Assembly: GCA_042408215.1 (NCBI GenBank)
Contig: JAYFMW010000017.1
Span: 704,001 to 768,000 of the forward strand
DNA length: 64,000 bases
Source of the DNA: Microcoleus sp.
Lineage (GTDB): Bacteria > Cyanobacteriota > Cyanobacteriia > Cyanobacteriales > Microcoleaceae
Reading direction: 5' to 3'
A model generated the notes under the pieces. The model was not told the origin of the DNA. It saw only the letters and a list, made by a program, of their open reading frames with translations, and made no database searches. This document shows, piece by piece, positions 37,126 through 50,234 of the stretch. Position 1 is the stretch's first letter, and every line of letters begins with the position of its first letter. The translations under genes and the position numbers were made by a program.

Positions 37126-37929
37126 ATGACTACATCTACCTTAGTCAAAAAAACATCGTTCACAGTCGCCAGCTTAGTAACCACAATTTTGCTAGGCATC
37201 AGCGCACCCGCTCGAGCTTTTATGTTTGGGACGAGCGGCATCCAGTTCGATCGAGACACAATTGTCGATTTTACGTTCGATCAATCTCACGGATCGTACC
37301 AGTCCAGCTTGTGGGTAGCCCAAGGCCAGTCGGGAAACACTGGCTACAGCAACATATCCCGCCTATTTTACGAGGTCAAACCCTCAGATAACGGCTCGGA
37401 AAATGACTCCAAGGGAACCTTTGGCAACGCAGTCACCTCCAACAATGGCTCCATCGACCAAACTTTCAGATTTTTGAAGGATCAAGTTTACGCCCTCCTG
37501 CTGTGGAGCGACAGCGGCAGCGGCAGACAATTCGAGCAGTATGCCTCCTCAAGTACCTTCATGAACAGCCCCGAATGGTGGGCAGCCACCAGCCAATTCC
37601 GCAGAAGTGAGTGTCTGGTGGCTGGTTGTCAGCAAGCCGTGTTTGGCGACTTTACCCTCGACTACAAGTCCGACTTGTCATTTACAACCCTCAACGGCGG
37701 TAAGGGCTCACAGCAATTTTCATCGGTGACAATGGACCAACTGCTTCAGGGCACAAAAATCTCCTTCGACGATGGCGGCGGAGCAGTAAATGACGATGAC
37801 TTTCAAGACTTTAGCGTCACGGCTCAGGCAGTCCCCGAACCAATCTCAGTGTTGGGTACTATCCTGGGGATCGGGGCTTTGGGCGCGGCGCGATCGCAAA
37901 AAAAGCGACACCAGCAACAGCCAAAATAA
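37126..37929 (+). CDS. PEP-CTERM sorting-domain protein
   Basis: Signal peptide; C-terminal VPEP + TM segment + basic tail; AGGAGG RBS. Confidence 0.9.
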   Translation: MTTSTLVKKTSFTVASLVTTILLGISAPARAFMFGTSGIQFDRDTIVDFTFDQSHGSYQSSLWVAQGQSGNTGYSNISRLFYEVKPSDNGSENDSKGTFGNAVTSNNGSIDQTFRFLKDQVYALLLWSDSGSGRQFEQYASSSTFMNSPEWWAATSQFRRSECLVAGCQQAVFGDFTLDYKSDLSFTTLNGGKGSQQFSSVTMDQLLQGTKISFDDGGGAVNDDDFQDFSVTAQAVPEPISVLGTILGIGALGAARSQKKRHQQQPK

Positions 37930-38006
37930 CAAATTAGCAGCCCATACAAATCTAAATAGTGAGTCTGTTCAGTGGTACTCTGAGAAATAGCATTTCTAAA
38001 TGTTAA

Positions 38007-39509
<1,503 letters not shown>

Positions 39510-39512
<3 letters not shown>

Positions 39513-39809
39513 TTTTAGTCATTAGTCATTGGTCATTGGTCATTAGTCATTGGTCATTAGTTGTTAACAGTTAAAAGTTAACAGTTAACAACTAAGTGAC
39601 TGATGATGGCCGACGGCTGACTAATGACTAATTACTAATGACTGCGTAATTTTAGTCATTAGTCATTGGTCATTGGTCATTAGTCATTGGTCATTAGTTG
39701 TTAACTGTTAACGACTACTAACTAATGACTACTAACTAATGACTACTGACTAATGACTACTAACTAATGACTAATGACCGCTGACTGTTGACTAATGACT
39801 AATGACTAA
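39510..39809. repeat. Heptamer STRR block with inverted arms (TAGTCAT / ATGACTA) between atpD and atpC
   Basis: Two copies of a ~58-bp TAATTTTAGTCATT...GTTAAC block, each followed by complementary ATGACTA runs. Confidence 0.88.
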
Positions 39810-39818
39810 GGACAATTT

Positions 39819-40227
39819 ATGACATTATCTGTGCGCGTAGTTGCCCCCAGACAAAACTGTTTGGGATTCTAATGCTGAAGAAGTAATTCTGCCGAGCACT
39901 ACAGGCCAATTGGGTATCTTGACCGGTCACGCTCCGATGTTGACGGCTTTGGATACGGGAGTGATGCGCGTCCGTCCCGGTAAGGAATGGGTGTCTATTG
40001 CTCTGATGGGCGGCTTTGCAGAAATCGAAGCAAACCAAGTTACTATTCTTGTCAACGGTGCCGAAAAAGGCGAAACAATTGACAAAGAAGCCGCTCGCAC
40101 TGCCTACACCGAAGCAGAAGCTCGTTTGGAAAAGGCCGCTAGCGGTACTCTCCAAGAGCAAATTCAAGCTAAGCAAGCAATCAAACGCGCGAGAGCTCGT
40201 TTCCAAGCAGCCGGCGGCACGCTCTAG
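39819..40227 (+). CDS. atpC: F0F1 ATP synthase epsilon subunit (+1 C in C5 run at 39844-39848, probably a sequencing error)
   Basis: MTLSVRVVA from ATG 39819 joins PDKTVWD...[16 protein letters not shown] in another frame. Confidence 0.93.
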
Positions 40228-40247
40228 CCCTCAGCCTAGGGACGGGA

Positions 40248-40351
40248 GTGGGACACAACAATGTTGTATCCCTACAGATCCAATGTAGGGACACAACATT
40301 GTTGTATCCCTACAGATCCAATGTAGGGACACAACATTGTTGTGTCCCTAC
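40248..40351. repeat. Three tandem palindromic REP-like units GTAGGGACACAACATTGTTGTRTCCCTAC
   Basis: Seen directly between convergent genes; may act as a terminator. Confidence 0.8.
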
Positions 40352-40358
40352 TGTTTTG

Positions 40359-40670
40359 TTAAACCCCAACTTCCAACAATAGAGACTGCATGGTTTCCCA
40401 AGATAGCCCTTGCTCAATATAGCGAGGGCTATCTGGATTGTAGGGGCTGTTTACTCGATCGATACTGACAATTTTTGCTCCCACAGGTAAAACAGGAACG
40501 TCAGGATCGAAAGCAGTCGATCGCACCAAAGAGCTAGAAAAGCCTTTAAAAATTGCAATTTCGTCAGGTTCGCCCTCAACTTGGGCCTTCACGATTAAAA
40601 CTTCCTGGGGACGTTTGATCGTGTATTGTTCCAAGCGCCCAGCAATAGAATCAGTCATCATAGATATCAC
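40359..40670 (-). CDS. Conserved hypothetical protein of phototrophs
   Basis: IFKGFSSSL...TAFDPD...PYNP motif. Confidence 0.75.
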   Translation of the reverse strand: MISMMTDSIAGRLEQYTIKRPQEVLIVKAQVEGEPDEIAIFKGFSSSLVRSTAFDPDVPVLPVGAKIVSIDRVNSPYNPDSPRYIEQGLSWETMQSLLLEVGV

Positions 40671-40754
40671 TTTACTAAAAATAGTTTACAATACTTAAGA
40701 GTGGTGCAGCTTTGATTTGAACATAAACCGATGATTTCAAGCTAAATTACTACT

Positions 40755-43700
40755 ATGTCAACTCCCTCTCTCAAACATTTAGCAGCCAAAATTTCTGGAA
40801 AACTTACCCTGCGGACTGTTCTGATAGTTCCCTTCGTCCTGCAAGTATTTGCCGCCGTGGGAATTGTGGGATATTTATCATTTAAGAACAGTCAAAGAGC
40901 CGTTAATGACCTTGCCGGTCAGTTGATGAGTGAAGTCAGCAATCGCATCGAACAGAACCTCCGCTCTTATTTAGACACTCCGCACCAGAGCAATCAAAGC
41001 AAGCTGGATTCTGTGAATCTGGGTTTTGTGAACATGAAAGACTTGTCAGCTTGGGAAAAATATCTGTGGCGACAAGTGCAATTATATCCCTCCATAAATT
41101 TTACCTCAATTGGCAATAAGGATGGAGAATATCGCACCGGAGAAAAGACATCAAATGGCAATTTATTGATGAACGCATCCGGCCCGTCAACTGGCTTCGA
41201 TTTCTATTCTTACAATACTAATGATACAGGCGATCGCACTACAGTAGCGGCACAGGTCAAAAACTTTGACATCCGCCAACACCCTTCCTACACCTATGCC
41301 GCCCTCGAAGGAAAACCAACTTGGAGCTCAGTTTATATCTCATTCCTCGAACCCACATTAATAATCAGCGCTCTCCAACCCGTTTACGACACCCAAAAAC
41401 AGCTAGAAGGAGTGTTAGTTTCTGCCCTGCGTCTCGATCATCTAGGTCAATTTTTAAATAGCCTCAAAATTGGCAAATCGGGACAGACATTTATTGTTGA
41501 AAGAAATGGCACACTCTTAGCAACTTCATCGCCTGAGAAACCGTTTCGTACCCAAAATAATCAAAAAGAACTGTTTAAAATTACAGAGAGCAGCGATGCA
41601 GTAACTCAAGCAACAGCTAAATATTTAACAACTCAATTTCAAGACTTGCACAACATTAAAAAAACTGAGCAAATCAATTTTGAAATCAACGGTAAACAGC
41701 AATATTTAAAAATTCTGCCATTTAAAGACGGCAAAGGTTTAGACTGGTTGATTGTCGTCGTCGTTCCCGAAGCCGACTTTATGGAACAAATTGATGCCAA
41801 TACCCGCACTACAGTGCTGCTGTGTATAGCCGCTTTGGGAATGGCAACAGTTGTGGGCATCTTCACTTCCCGCTGGATTATCAAACCTATTCTCGAACTG
41901 AAAGACGCAGCAACAGCTTTGTCTGAAGGACAATTTGACCGAACTGTAAAACTCAATAGAACCGACGAATTAGGCATACTTGCCAAAGCTTTTAACAGCA
42001 TGGCGGCACAACTGCAAGCATCTTTTACCGCCTTAGAAACTAAAAATAGCGAATTGCAGCGGCTGGACAAACTCAAAGACGAATTTCTCGCCAATACCTC
42101 CCACGAACTCCGCACTCCCCTCAACGGGATTATTGGTATTGCAGAATCTTTAATAGACGGCGCTACCGGACAACTGCCAGAAAAAACAAATATGAACTTA
42201 GCTTTGATTTCATCGTCTGGCAAAAGACTGTCGTCTTTAATTAACGACATCCTGGATTTTTCCCAACTCAAACATAAAACTCTAGAACTGCAAATTAAAC
42301 CCGTCGGAATCCGAGAAATAGTCTACATAATTCTGACTTTATCTCAGCCATTAGTAGGCAAAAAAAAACTTGCAGTTGCTCAATTCAATTAGTCCAGAAT
42401 TGCCGCCAGTAGCAGCCGATGAAAATCGTTTGGAACAAATACTTTACAATTTAATCGGTAATGCGATTAAATTTACCGAAAGCGGTACTGTTGAAATTTC
42501 AGCAGAATTGTTAATGGACAACGAAAAATCATCAATGCCTAGTTCCCAATTAGCCATTACTGTATCAGACACTGGCCTTGGCATCGCCGCAGACAAATTA
42601 GAGCGAATTTTTGAATCCTTTGAACAAGCTGACGGTTCCACTGCTAGGGAATTCGGCGGCACGGGTTTAGGTTTGGCGGTGGCTAAGCAATTAGTTGAAT
42701 TGCACGGAGGTCAAATTCGGGTATCTTCAACTGTAGGAGTTGGTTCTCAATTTACCTTTACTTTGCCAGTATCTGAAAGTCCACCAGAAGTTAATGGTAA
42801 GTATCCACTTGTAGCTGAGGGCGATCGCAATTTTAGCAGTCATCAAGTTACAGCCCAATTGCCTATTATACATTCTCAGTCACCAGCCAATCAAGAACTA
42901 CTGCAAACTGACAAAATTAAAATCTTGATCGTCGATGATGAACCCATTAATATTCAGGTGTTAGTTAACAGTCTTTCGATCGAAAATTACGTCATAACTC
43001 AAGCAAGCAATGGCTTGGAAGCATTAACTTTGATTGAAGAGGGATTTAAGCCAGACTTAATGTTACTCGATGTCATGATGCCCAGGATGACTGGTTATGA
43101 AGTGTGTCGAGAAGTTCGCAAAAAATACTCGCCTTTAGAATTACCGATTTTGATGCTGACTGCCAAAAATCAAACCTCGGATTTGGTAGAAGCTTTTAAC
43201 TTAGAAGCAAATGATTATGTAACTAAACCTTTTGTCAAAAAGGAATTGTTGGCAAGAATTAATACGCAAATTCGTCTGGCAAAACTGAATGCAGCCTACG
43301 GCAGATTTGTCCCGCATGATTTTTTAAATTTACTTGAAAAGCCTAGTATTATTGAAGTAAAATTAGGCGAACATCAAGAAAAAAACATGACGGTATTGTT
43401 TGCTGATATTCGCTCCTTTACGGCACTTTCAGAAAAAATGACACCGCCAGAAAATTTTGCTTTTATTAATAATTATTTGGGGAGAGTGAGTCCTGTAATT
43501 AGAAAAAACAACGGCTTTATTGACAAATACATTGGGGATGCAGTAATGGCACTGTTTCCTAGTTGTCCTGATGATGGGGTTCGAGCAGCAATTGATATGC
43601 AGAAAGAAGTAAATGTTTACAACCAACAGCGACAAGAAAATGCCTTGGTTCCTATTGCGATCGGCATTGGTTTACACGCGGGTAATTTAATGTTGGGTAC

Positions 43701-44154
43701 AATTGGCGAGCGAGAACGGATGGAAAGTACAGTGATTGCTGATGCTGTGAATCTCGCCTCTCGTTTGGAAGGGTTGACTAAGGTTTACGGTTCGGGAATT
43801 CTAGTTAGTGATGCCATTATGGCTCGTCTGGACGATCGCGAAAATTATAAGTACAGATTTGTCGATCTAGTGACAGTGAAAGGAAAAACAACTGCTGTGT
43901 CGGTATTTGAAATTTACGATACAGAAACAGAGGATAGCATTCAGCTCAAACAGCAAACTGCGGAGGTTTTTCAAGTAGGTCTAGATTTTTACTACCAGCA
44001 AAAATTTGTTGCTGCACAAAAAGTTTTTCAGAATATTTTACACATTAATCCTGAAGATAAGGTAGCAATGCTGTATTTCAAACGCTCTCGCAAGTATCGA
44101 ATGTATGGAGCACCGGATGGGTGGTCGGGGGTGGAAATTTCGACGGAGAAATAG
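40755..44154 (+). CDS. Cache-HAMP-histidine kinase-receiver-adenylate/guanylate cyclase (frameshift in A9 run at 42360-42368)
   Basis: DELGIL HAMP, SHELRTPLNG, NAIKFT, GGTGLGL, LLDVMMP, FADIRSFT, DKYIGDA and VNLASRLE split over two overlapping ORFs. Confidence 0.88.
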
Positions 44155-44248
44155 GGTGGGCAGGATGCCCCACAATCAAATTTATTTTTTGTGGAACAGG
44201 CATCCTGCCTGTTATCAAGAATGGTGCAAGATATAAGTTGTACAAACT

Positions 44249-44521
44249 TTAAAATACGGTTGTACAAACCCCGAATTGCCTCCAAGTTTGAGGGCCGACA
44301 ATGCCGTCAGCTTCGATGCGTTTACTCCTTTGAAACTCGATCGCTGCTTGTTCGGTTTTCGGGCCGAACGATCCATCGGTAGCTAGGGAATACCCGTTGG
44401 CATTCAAGAGTCTCTGGAGGTAGCGCACGTCCTCATTTTGGGTAACGTCGTCATTACGTTTCAGTAGGGGAAAATAACGGCAGGAAGGTAATTCAGTGCG
44501 AGTTACAGTTGTGGTTTGCAT
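44249..44521 (-). CDS. Small peptidoglycan-binding domain protein
   Basis: DVRYLQRLL...DGSFGPKTEQA...FQ...DGIVGPQTW. Confidence 0.88.
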   Translation of the reverse strand: MQTTTVTRTELPSCRYFPLLKRNDDVTQNEDVRYLQRLLNANGYSLATDGSFGPKTEQAAIEFQRSKRIEADGIVGPQTWRQFGVCTTVF

Positions 44522-44592
44522 GATTTTATTTTCGATGAGTTGTTTGCAAGTTGTTGGAAGTACAGAAGTGGGGAAAAGATGTTAACTTTGAT

Positions 44593-44865
44593 TTAACCCC
44601 CGAAGGTACAAGCTCCCAATCGCTCCCAAGTTTGAGGGCCGACAATACCATCAATAGCGATGCGTTTACTCCTTTGAAAATTGATAACTGCTTGTTCGGT
44701 TTTGCCACCGAATATTCCATCAATAGTTACCGGATATCCCTTCTGAGTCAATTTTTGTTGGAGATATCGAACATCCTGATTGGGAGCGGCCTGATCGTTG
44801 CGTCTTAGTGTCGGTAATGAAGAGCACAAAGGTAATTGAGTATGGGTGGCATTTGTAGTTTCCAT
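44593..44865 (-). CDS. Small peptidoglycan-binding domain protein (tandem paralogue)
   Basis: Same PG_binding_1 motifs; start taken at METTN. Confidence 0.85.
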   Translation of the reverse strand: METTNATHTQLPLCSSLPTLRRNDQAAPNQDVRYLQQKLTQKGYPVTIDGIFGGKTEQAVINFQRSKRIAIDGIVGPQTWERLGACTFGG

Positions 44866-45147
44866 GGTTTGATTCTCGATTATTTTTTTTGGTTGCAAGT
44901 TGTTTTAACCTGCTATTCCCTAGTTGTAGCTGCGGGGGAAAGTGCTTTAACAGTCGCTTTTTATAGTGACACTTATCTGAGGTAGCTCAGATGAGTGACA
45001 CTCGAAGGTAGAAGGTAAGTTGTTGAGCATTAAAATTAAAGCTTTCGGGCGGGATCTCCAGCCCACCCCACAATAGTTGCATCAAACTTGACTGTAAAAT
45101 TTAGATCTGCCTCAGCTTACAGCTTCTGGGAGGCGCGAGGCATTTAT

Positions 45148-46492
45148 CAGAAAATTGGGTTGAAAACCCCGTCCTAAAAGGACGGCTTTAATTGTAAACC
45201 TTTGTTACAATACCAGCTAATCTTGTACTGAAAGATCTAGCATAAGGCAGGAGGTAGAACAATGCTAGTTTTTGAGTTCAAAGCTTAGGTCAAATCCAGT
45301 CAGATTGCAGCAGTAAATGAAGCGATTCGTACAGCACAATTTGTCCGCAATAGCTGTTTACGCTATTGGATGGACAACAAAAAAATAGATAAATATGATT
45401 TAAACAAATATTGTGCTGTATTGGCTCATAACTTCTCGTTTGCCGACGAACTTAACTCTCAAGCTAGACAAGCTAGTGCTGAACGAGCCTGGTCTGCTAT
45501 CTCCCGATTTTACGAGAACTGCAAAAAGTCAATTCCAGGTAAAAAAGGATATCCACAATTCCAGAAAGACTGTCGCTCAGTTGAGTATAAATCAACTGGC
45601 TGGAAACTTGCGGATGACAGGAAGTCGATCAAATTCACCGACAAAAAAGGAATTGGTAAACTCAAATTAAAGGGAACACGCGATCTGCATTTCTACCAAA
45701 TCAGCCAAATAAAACGGGTGACATTGGTAAAACGCGCAGACGGCGTGTATGTCCAATTATGTGTCGATGTCGATCGAAAGGAAAACATAGAACCCTCTGG
45801 TAACACCATTGGGTTAGATGTTGGCTTAAAGGAATACTACACCGATTCAAACGGAGTGACGGTTGAAAATCCGAGATTTCTACGTCAAGGTGAAACAGTT
45901 CTTAAGCGCTCTCAACGTCGTGTATCTAGGAAGGTAAAAGGTTCAAAAAATAGAGGCAAAGCTAGACAGATTTTAGGAAAACGCCATCTCAAAATAAGTC
46001 GGCAACGCAAAGACCATGCAATAAAACTTGCAAGGTGCGTAGAGAGCGTCAAACGACTTGATAGCTTAGGTCGATTTGAGGATGAAAAATATGGTGAAAA
46101 ATCATTGTTTAGCTAAGTCTATTAACGATGCTTCTTGGTATCAGTTTCGGCTCTGGATTGAATACTTCGCGAAAGTATTTGAGAAAGTAACGGTTGCGGT
46201 AAATCCGCAATATACCAGCCAAGAATGCTCTAGCTGCGGTGAAATTGTGAAGAAAACGCTATCCACTAGAACCCATGTTTGTAAGTGCGGTTGTGTAATG
46301 GATAGAGATTTTAACGCAGCTAAAAATATCCTTAGTCGAGGATTGGGTACGGTAGGGCATACCGGAACCTTTGCACTTGATGCAAGCAACGCTTTAGGAG
46401 AATCGACCTCTACTCTGGCTGGAGAAATCCAGCCTCAGCAAGTTGGCTCGTAGATTAAAGAATCCCCACGCCTTTAGGCTGGGGAGTGTCAA
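45148..46492 (+). mobile_element. IS200/IS605-family TnpB-only element
   Basis: TTTAT|CAGAAAATTGGGTTGAAAACCCCGTCC...GGACGG left end; AAGAATCCCCACG...GGGGAGTGTCAA right end. Confidence 0.9.
45262..46453 (+). pseudogene. tnpB: Disrupted tnpB
   Basis: TAG at codon 9 (45286); frameshift plus TAG at RuvC-II (~46040-46070); GLDVGL and DRDFNAA retained. Confidence 0.88.
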
Positions 46493-46516
46493 CTAATGAT
46501 ATTATTCTGGGTCAGA

Positions 46517-47941
46517 TTAGCGACTTTCAAGGCGTTCCTGAAAACTGGTGTGGGGTTTGGACTTTAACTCAGAAGTGATACCGTAGTAGCGCATGATCGT
46601 AGTTTTGCGGCTGTCAAACAACTTGATAATTGAATCAATAACTATTTCTGTGACGATCGGGTTAAAGTCGGTAATAAAGTCGTCGGGGTCAATATTTTGT
46701 TTGAAAAACTCCTTAGCCCGATCGCACTGATAGCGCATTTCGTCAAAGCCAACACTTTTCACCATAAACGTTGTTAGTGGCGAGTTTTCCAAATCGGTAT
46801 AGGTACTGCTTTTAGCCCGCCCATTTTCTAACAAATTCAATACTTCTGCTTCCAGGGCTGTTTTGGGTTCTAATGGTTGTTTAATTTCGGGGAAAAAGCT
46901 TTCCAAGCGTACGCCGCCACTAACTCGATCGGGAAGTTCGCCCATCACCATTGCCAGAGAAACATCTAGTCCAAAACCCGAAGAAAGCGCCTCAATCATG
47001 GCGATTCCAGCCAGTTTGCAGCCCAAATAAAGCCTCGCGAGCTCAAGATTGTTCCGAGCAGTATTTTCCCACCGCTGATAGGTACTGTCATCTGGATATC
47101 CGTCAAATTGCCGAAAAATTAGCTCAGGATTGAGATAATTCATAAAGCCTTCCATTTTCAGCAAAGCAACTCGGTAGTCACGAACCGTGTAAAAACCGTA
47201 GGTGAGAGTATGATTTGTTTCCGGCAATAAGTTCCAGGTATTTGCCAAAAAAAGTGCCGCACTTTCGTAAGCAAAACTCATCACATCGCGGTTGGCAATT
47301 CCGACAGCTTTTTTGATTGTTTGCCGCATTTTATCCTCAGTCAAACTGAGGTTAAACTGCATATTTATTGATGGCAAACGATCGTACAGTCGCTGGCTGA
47401 CGGTGACTCCCCATTCGATCGCCCGAAACGGAATGGTTGCTTCTATGCAGGCTGCGATTTCCAGTAAATGCTCGCGTTTGAGAAATGGTTCTAGAGCTTT
47501 GGCTGCTACCAGAGCACTGAGAAATTCGTTTAGTCCGGCGAAAGGATTTAGCACTTCCCCCGGCACAAAACCAAATACTACCATTACCATCTCGAAGATG
47601 GCATCTGCCGTTAACTCAGATTTCTCCCGAATTTGTAGCTGTTTGTTAACCTCTTTTATAACAGGAGTAATGTAGTGGCTAACGTTCAAACTAATGCTGC
47701 GATCGACTTGTACGTAGACAATATCGTGAAATAAAGCAGCCAAAACTTCGATCGCATCTTCATTTCCCCCCACATCAAAAATATGTTCGGGAGTGTGAAA
47801 AAATCGCCACTGGCCCATCATCGGCTGAACTATCAGTTCGGCAATCCGAGCGAGTTGAGTTGGTTCGACTTCTACATCCAGCCTCGCCGTCGCCCAAATC
47901 AGCTTTTCTAAACACTGTAAGTATGGTTTGCTATCCATCAC
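46517..47941 (-). CDS. Hypothetical protein with HD-like metal-binding motif
   Basis: FHTPEH...LAALFHDIVY; 474-aa ORF. Confidence 0.7.
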   Translation of the reverse strand: MMDSKPYLQCLEKLIWATARLDVEVEPTQLARIAELIVQPMMGQWRFFHTPEHIFDVGGNEDAIEVLAALFHDIVYVQVDRSISLNVSHYITPVIKEVNKQLQIREKSELTADAIFEMVMVVFGFVPGEVLNPFAGLNEFLSALVAAKALEPFLKREHLLEIAACIEATIPFRAIEWGVTVSQRLYDRLPSINMQFNLSLTEDKMRQTIKKAVGIANRDVMSFAYESAALFLANTWNLLPETNHTLTYGFYTVRDYRVALLKMEGFMNYLNPELIFRQFDGYPDDSTYQRWENTARNNLELARLYLGCKLAGIAMIEALSSGFGLDVSLAMVMGELPDRVSGGVRLESFFPEIKQPLEPKTALEAEVLNLLENGRAKSSTYTDLENSPLTTFMVKSVGFDEMRYQCDRAKEFFKQNIDPDDFITDFNPIVTEIVIDSIIKLFDSRKTTIMRYYGITSELKSKPHTSFQERLESR

Positions 47942-48115
47942 AGTCTTTTCCTATAACATTACTGTCACGTCAGCCAGACTCAGTTTAATTTTTGTTTTCC
48001 AGATGCACCTCGGATTTTTTTATTTTTTATTTTTGAGATTGCTGCGCAACGCAGGGTCGTACAGTTGAAGACTGGAGCGGGGAATTGAGGATGCAAGTCT
48101 TTACTTAAAATCAAT

Positions 48116-48736
48116 TTACTGTCCGGTAGCCGATCGCCCTTGTTTTCCCAGTCTAATTAGCACAAAATAGGATAAGTAAGCTACATAAATCAGTAAACCT
48201 AATAGACCTAAAAAGCCTAAAAATTGAGGGTTGGTGGTAGCGTGAAACATCTGTTTGTAGAACCAAGGTGGGTCTAGCCAAACGCGACAAAAAGGTTCGT
48301 CGATGACCTGATTTTGAGATTTGAAGGCACAAGTTAAGAAGGGAATTTGAGCGATCGCACCCAAACCGCTGTAAACAGTAATCGCCCACCGCCAAGCAGT
48401 AAAAGCCAGCTTTAAAGGCGATTGGGGTCGATCGGCAATTTCTTCATTCAAATCTGTCCAAAACCATAGACAAGCAGGAATCAAGGCCCTCCCCATCACC
48501 GACGATACAAAGCTGACAGGCACCGCAGCCATCATCAGGTAAAGTGTAATTGCCAGCAAACTAGCCACTCGCCAATAAATAATCGACAAGCGGACGATCG
48601 CCTCAGCTTTCTCAACAACAGCCCAAATCAGCACTACCAGCGGGATCGAAACCGTTAATAACACAGACAACCGATAATCCATCCAGACTAGGGGTTGAAA
48701 CCAAGGCCCGGTAGCTGCCAATAAAAGACTCAACAT
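48116..48736 (-). CDS. DUF3177-family membrane protein
   Basis: LVWMDYRL, YWRVASLLAIT, WFWTDLNEEI and RLGKQGRSA. Confidence 0.8.
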   Translation of the reverse strand: MLSLLLAATGPWFQPLVWMDYRLSVLLTVSIPLVVLIWAVVEKAEAIVRLSIIYWRVASLLAITLYLMMAAVPVSFVSSVMGRALIPACLWFWTDLNEEIADRPQSPLKLAFTAWRWAITVYSGLGAIAQIPFLTCAFKSQNQVIDEPFCRVWLDPPWFYKQMFHATTNPQFLGFLGLLGLLIYVAYLSYFVLIRLGKQGRSATGQ

Positions 48737-48935
48737 CTTTGGGAAAATATACTCACTTATTTGTGGAAAATCTTACTACAAAAAAGCCAAAAAATCAGCA
48801 ACTGGGACATCTCTTCATGTTCCAGTTGCTGCTGCACTTTTACCAGATGTAGGTTAGAGAGTTTCAAAGGTAAATGACGAAGGTATTACGGCAAATCTCG
48901 CCCTCACCTTTCGCCTCCACCTTTAAGTTGCCGCT

Positions 48936-49172
48936 TTATTCGTCGTAGATGCGGCACTCAGCAGCGTCAGGGTTGTCATCGCAATATTTTTCAAAGGAAT
49001 TCTTAGGTTTGACCTGCTTTTGGTGGGAAGCTTCTGCTTGCAGTTCTTCAACTGCGTCCCACGCCGCCGCACACTCGCCAGACGTGCTGCCACTGATGTC
49101 GCAGACGGTACGAGCGTTTTCGAGTTCTTCTTCAATTTTTTCTTGGATGTTGCCAGGGGGTGTTGTTGTCAT
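48936..49172 (-). CDS. cp12: Calvin cycle protein CP12
   Basis: ECAAAWDAVEELQAEASH and YCDDNPDAAECRIYDE. Confidence 0.95.
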   Translation of the reverse strand: MTTTPPGNIQEKIEEELENARTVCDISGSTSGECAAAWDAVEELQAEASHQKQVKPKNSFEKYCDDNPDAAECRIYDE

Positions 49173-49376
49173 AAAAAAAAATTTCGGGAGTGTGCTACTG
49201 CTACTGCTGCTATACAAAACTTGGCTAAACTTATCAAATCGCTTCACCATTCAACTAGAACTAATTTCTAGAGGGTCTGCTTCCTGCTTCCACCAAGGGA
49301 GTCGGCTCTCAACTTGTCCACAGGCGTAAATTCGGGTGTAGCCCACCCTACTGTTTATGCAAACATTACACTTGAC

Positions 49377-50191
49377 ACTGATACTTTTAATTGGGACAAT
49401 CTCCGACAATCTGAGACAATCCCCATATAGCCTTCCTATTGCTAGGAAAGGTGGTATCCCACAAAGCTATTGCCGTGAGACAATAGCGCTTTTTCATGTC
49501 AAAGACACCTGCAAACATTCAGGACTACGCCTATAAATAGGTACGCCTGTATTTGCTGGTAGCTGAACAAGCTTTCGCGGTTAGTGACTTTCGTAGTCCC
49601 AAGTTGCTGATGTCCTTTAAGCCGAACCATTGGTTTCTGACTTATCTAAGTTTATCAGAGCAGCGCGATTTTTTGGGAAAGTATTTGTTAAACACAATTA
49701 CTGACATTGTTGGGCTTATTACGGGAAAGTCTTGGAAATAGTCGTCCTAGTAACTGCTCCTCGACCTTTAGGTACGAGGATGCTTGAGCTAATCACTGCC
49801 CTTTGGGGTTGCCCCTACTTAGGTCTTACAGGATTATGTCTAGTCCGAGCCTACTAGAATATCACCTGATATCTAGAACCGCTTCTAAAAATCTACAGAA
49901 ATCTGTAGGTCAAACTTAGCGGTTTATGTTTAGCCCTTATCGGATGCTCTAAGCTTCCCGATTGCTCAGGTTGGCCTGATCTTCCCAGTTAGAGACTGCC
50001 TTGATTTAGCAGAGGACTTAAAATATTTGGTTTTTTGATGATTAGTTTGAGCAAGAGTGTTTCTGTGGTTTTCACACCAAGTAAGCTTTAACATCCCGCA
50101 CTAATCAAGCGTTTCTCAAGTTTATCACGATTGTTGTGAAAGTCGTCAAGGTCTGAAAAAATCTAGGTAAATCTAGGTATTTTGGCTACTG
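49377..50191 (-). mobile_element. Non-autonomous element with IS607-like ends and long structured non-coding cargo
   Basis: CAGT core at both ends; 10-bp-period repeats (GACAATC x3, AAATCTAGGTA x2); right end ATTAAAAGTATCAG resembles ATTAAATGTATCTG of the neighbouring IS607. Confidence 0.7.
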
Positions 50192-50234
50192 CCACTACCC
50201 CTTTTAATGGACTACTCGCCAAGCGTTTACCCAT

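Noticed and set aside
40248..40351. Regularly spaced palindromes resembling a mini-CRISPR
   Set aside because: Spacers are identical and only 8 bp; this is a tandem REP-like repeat
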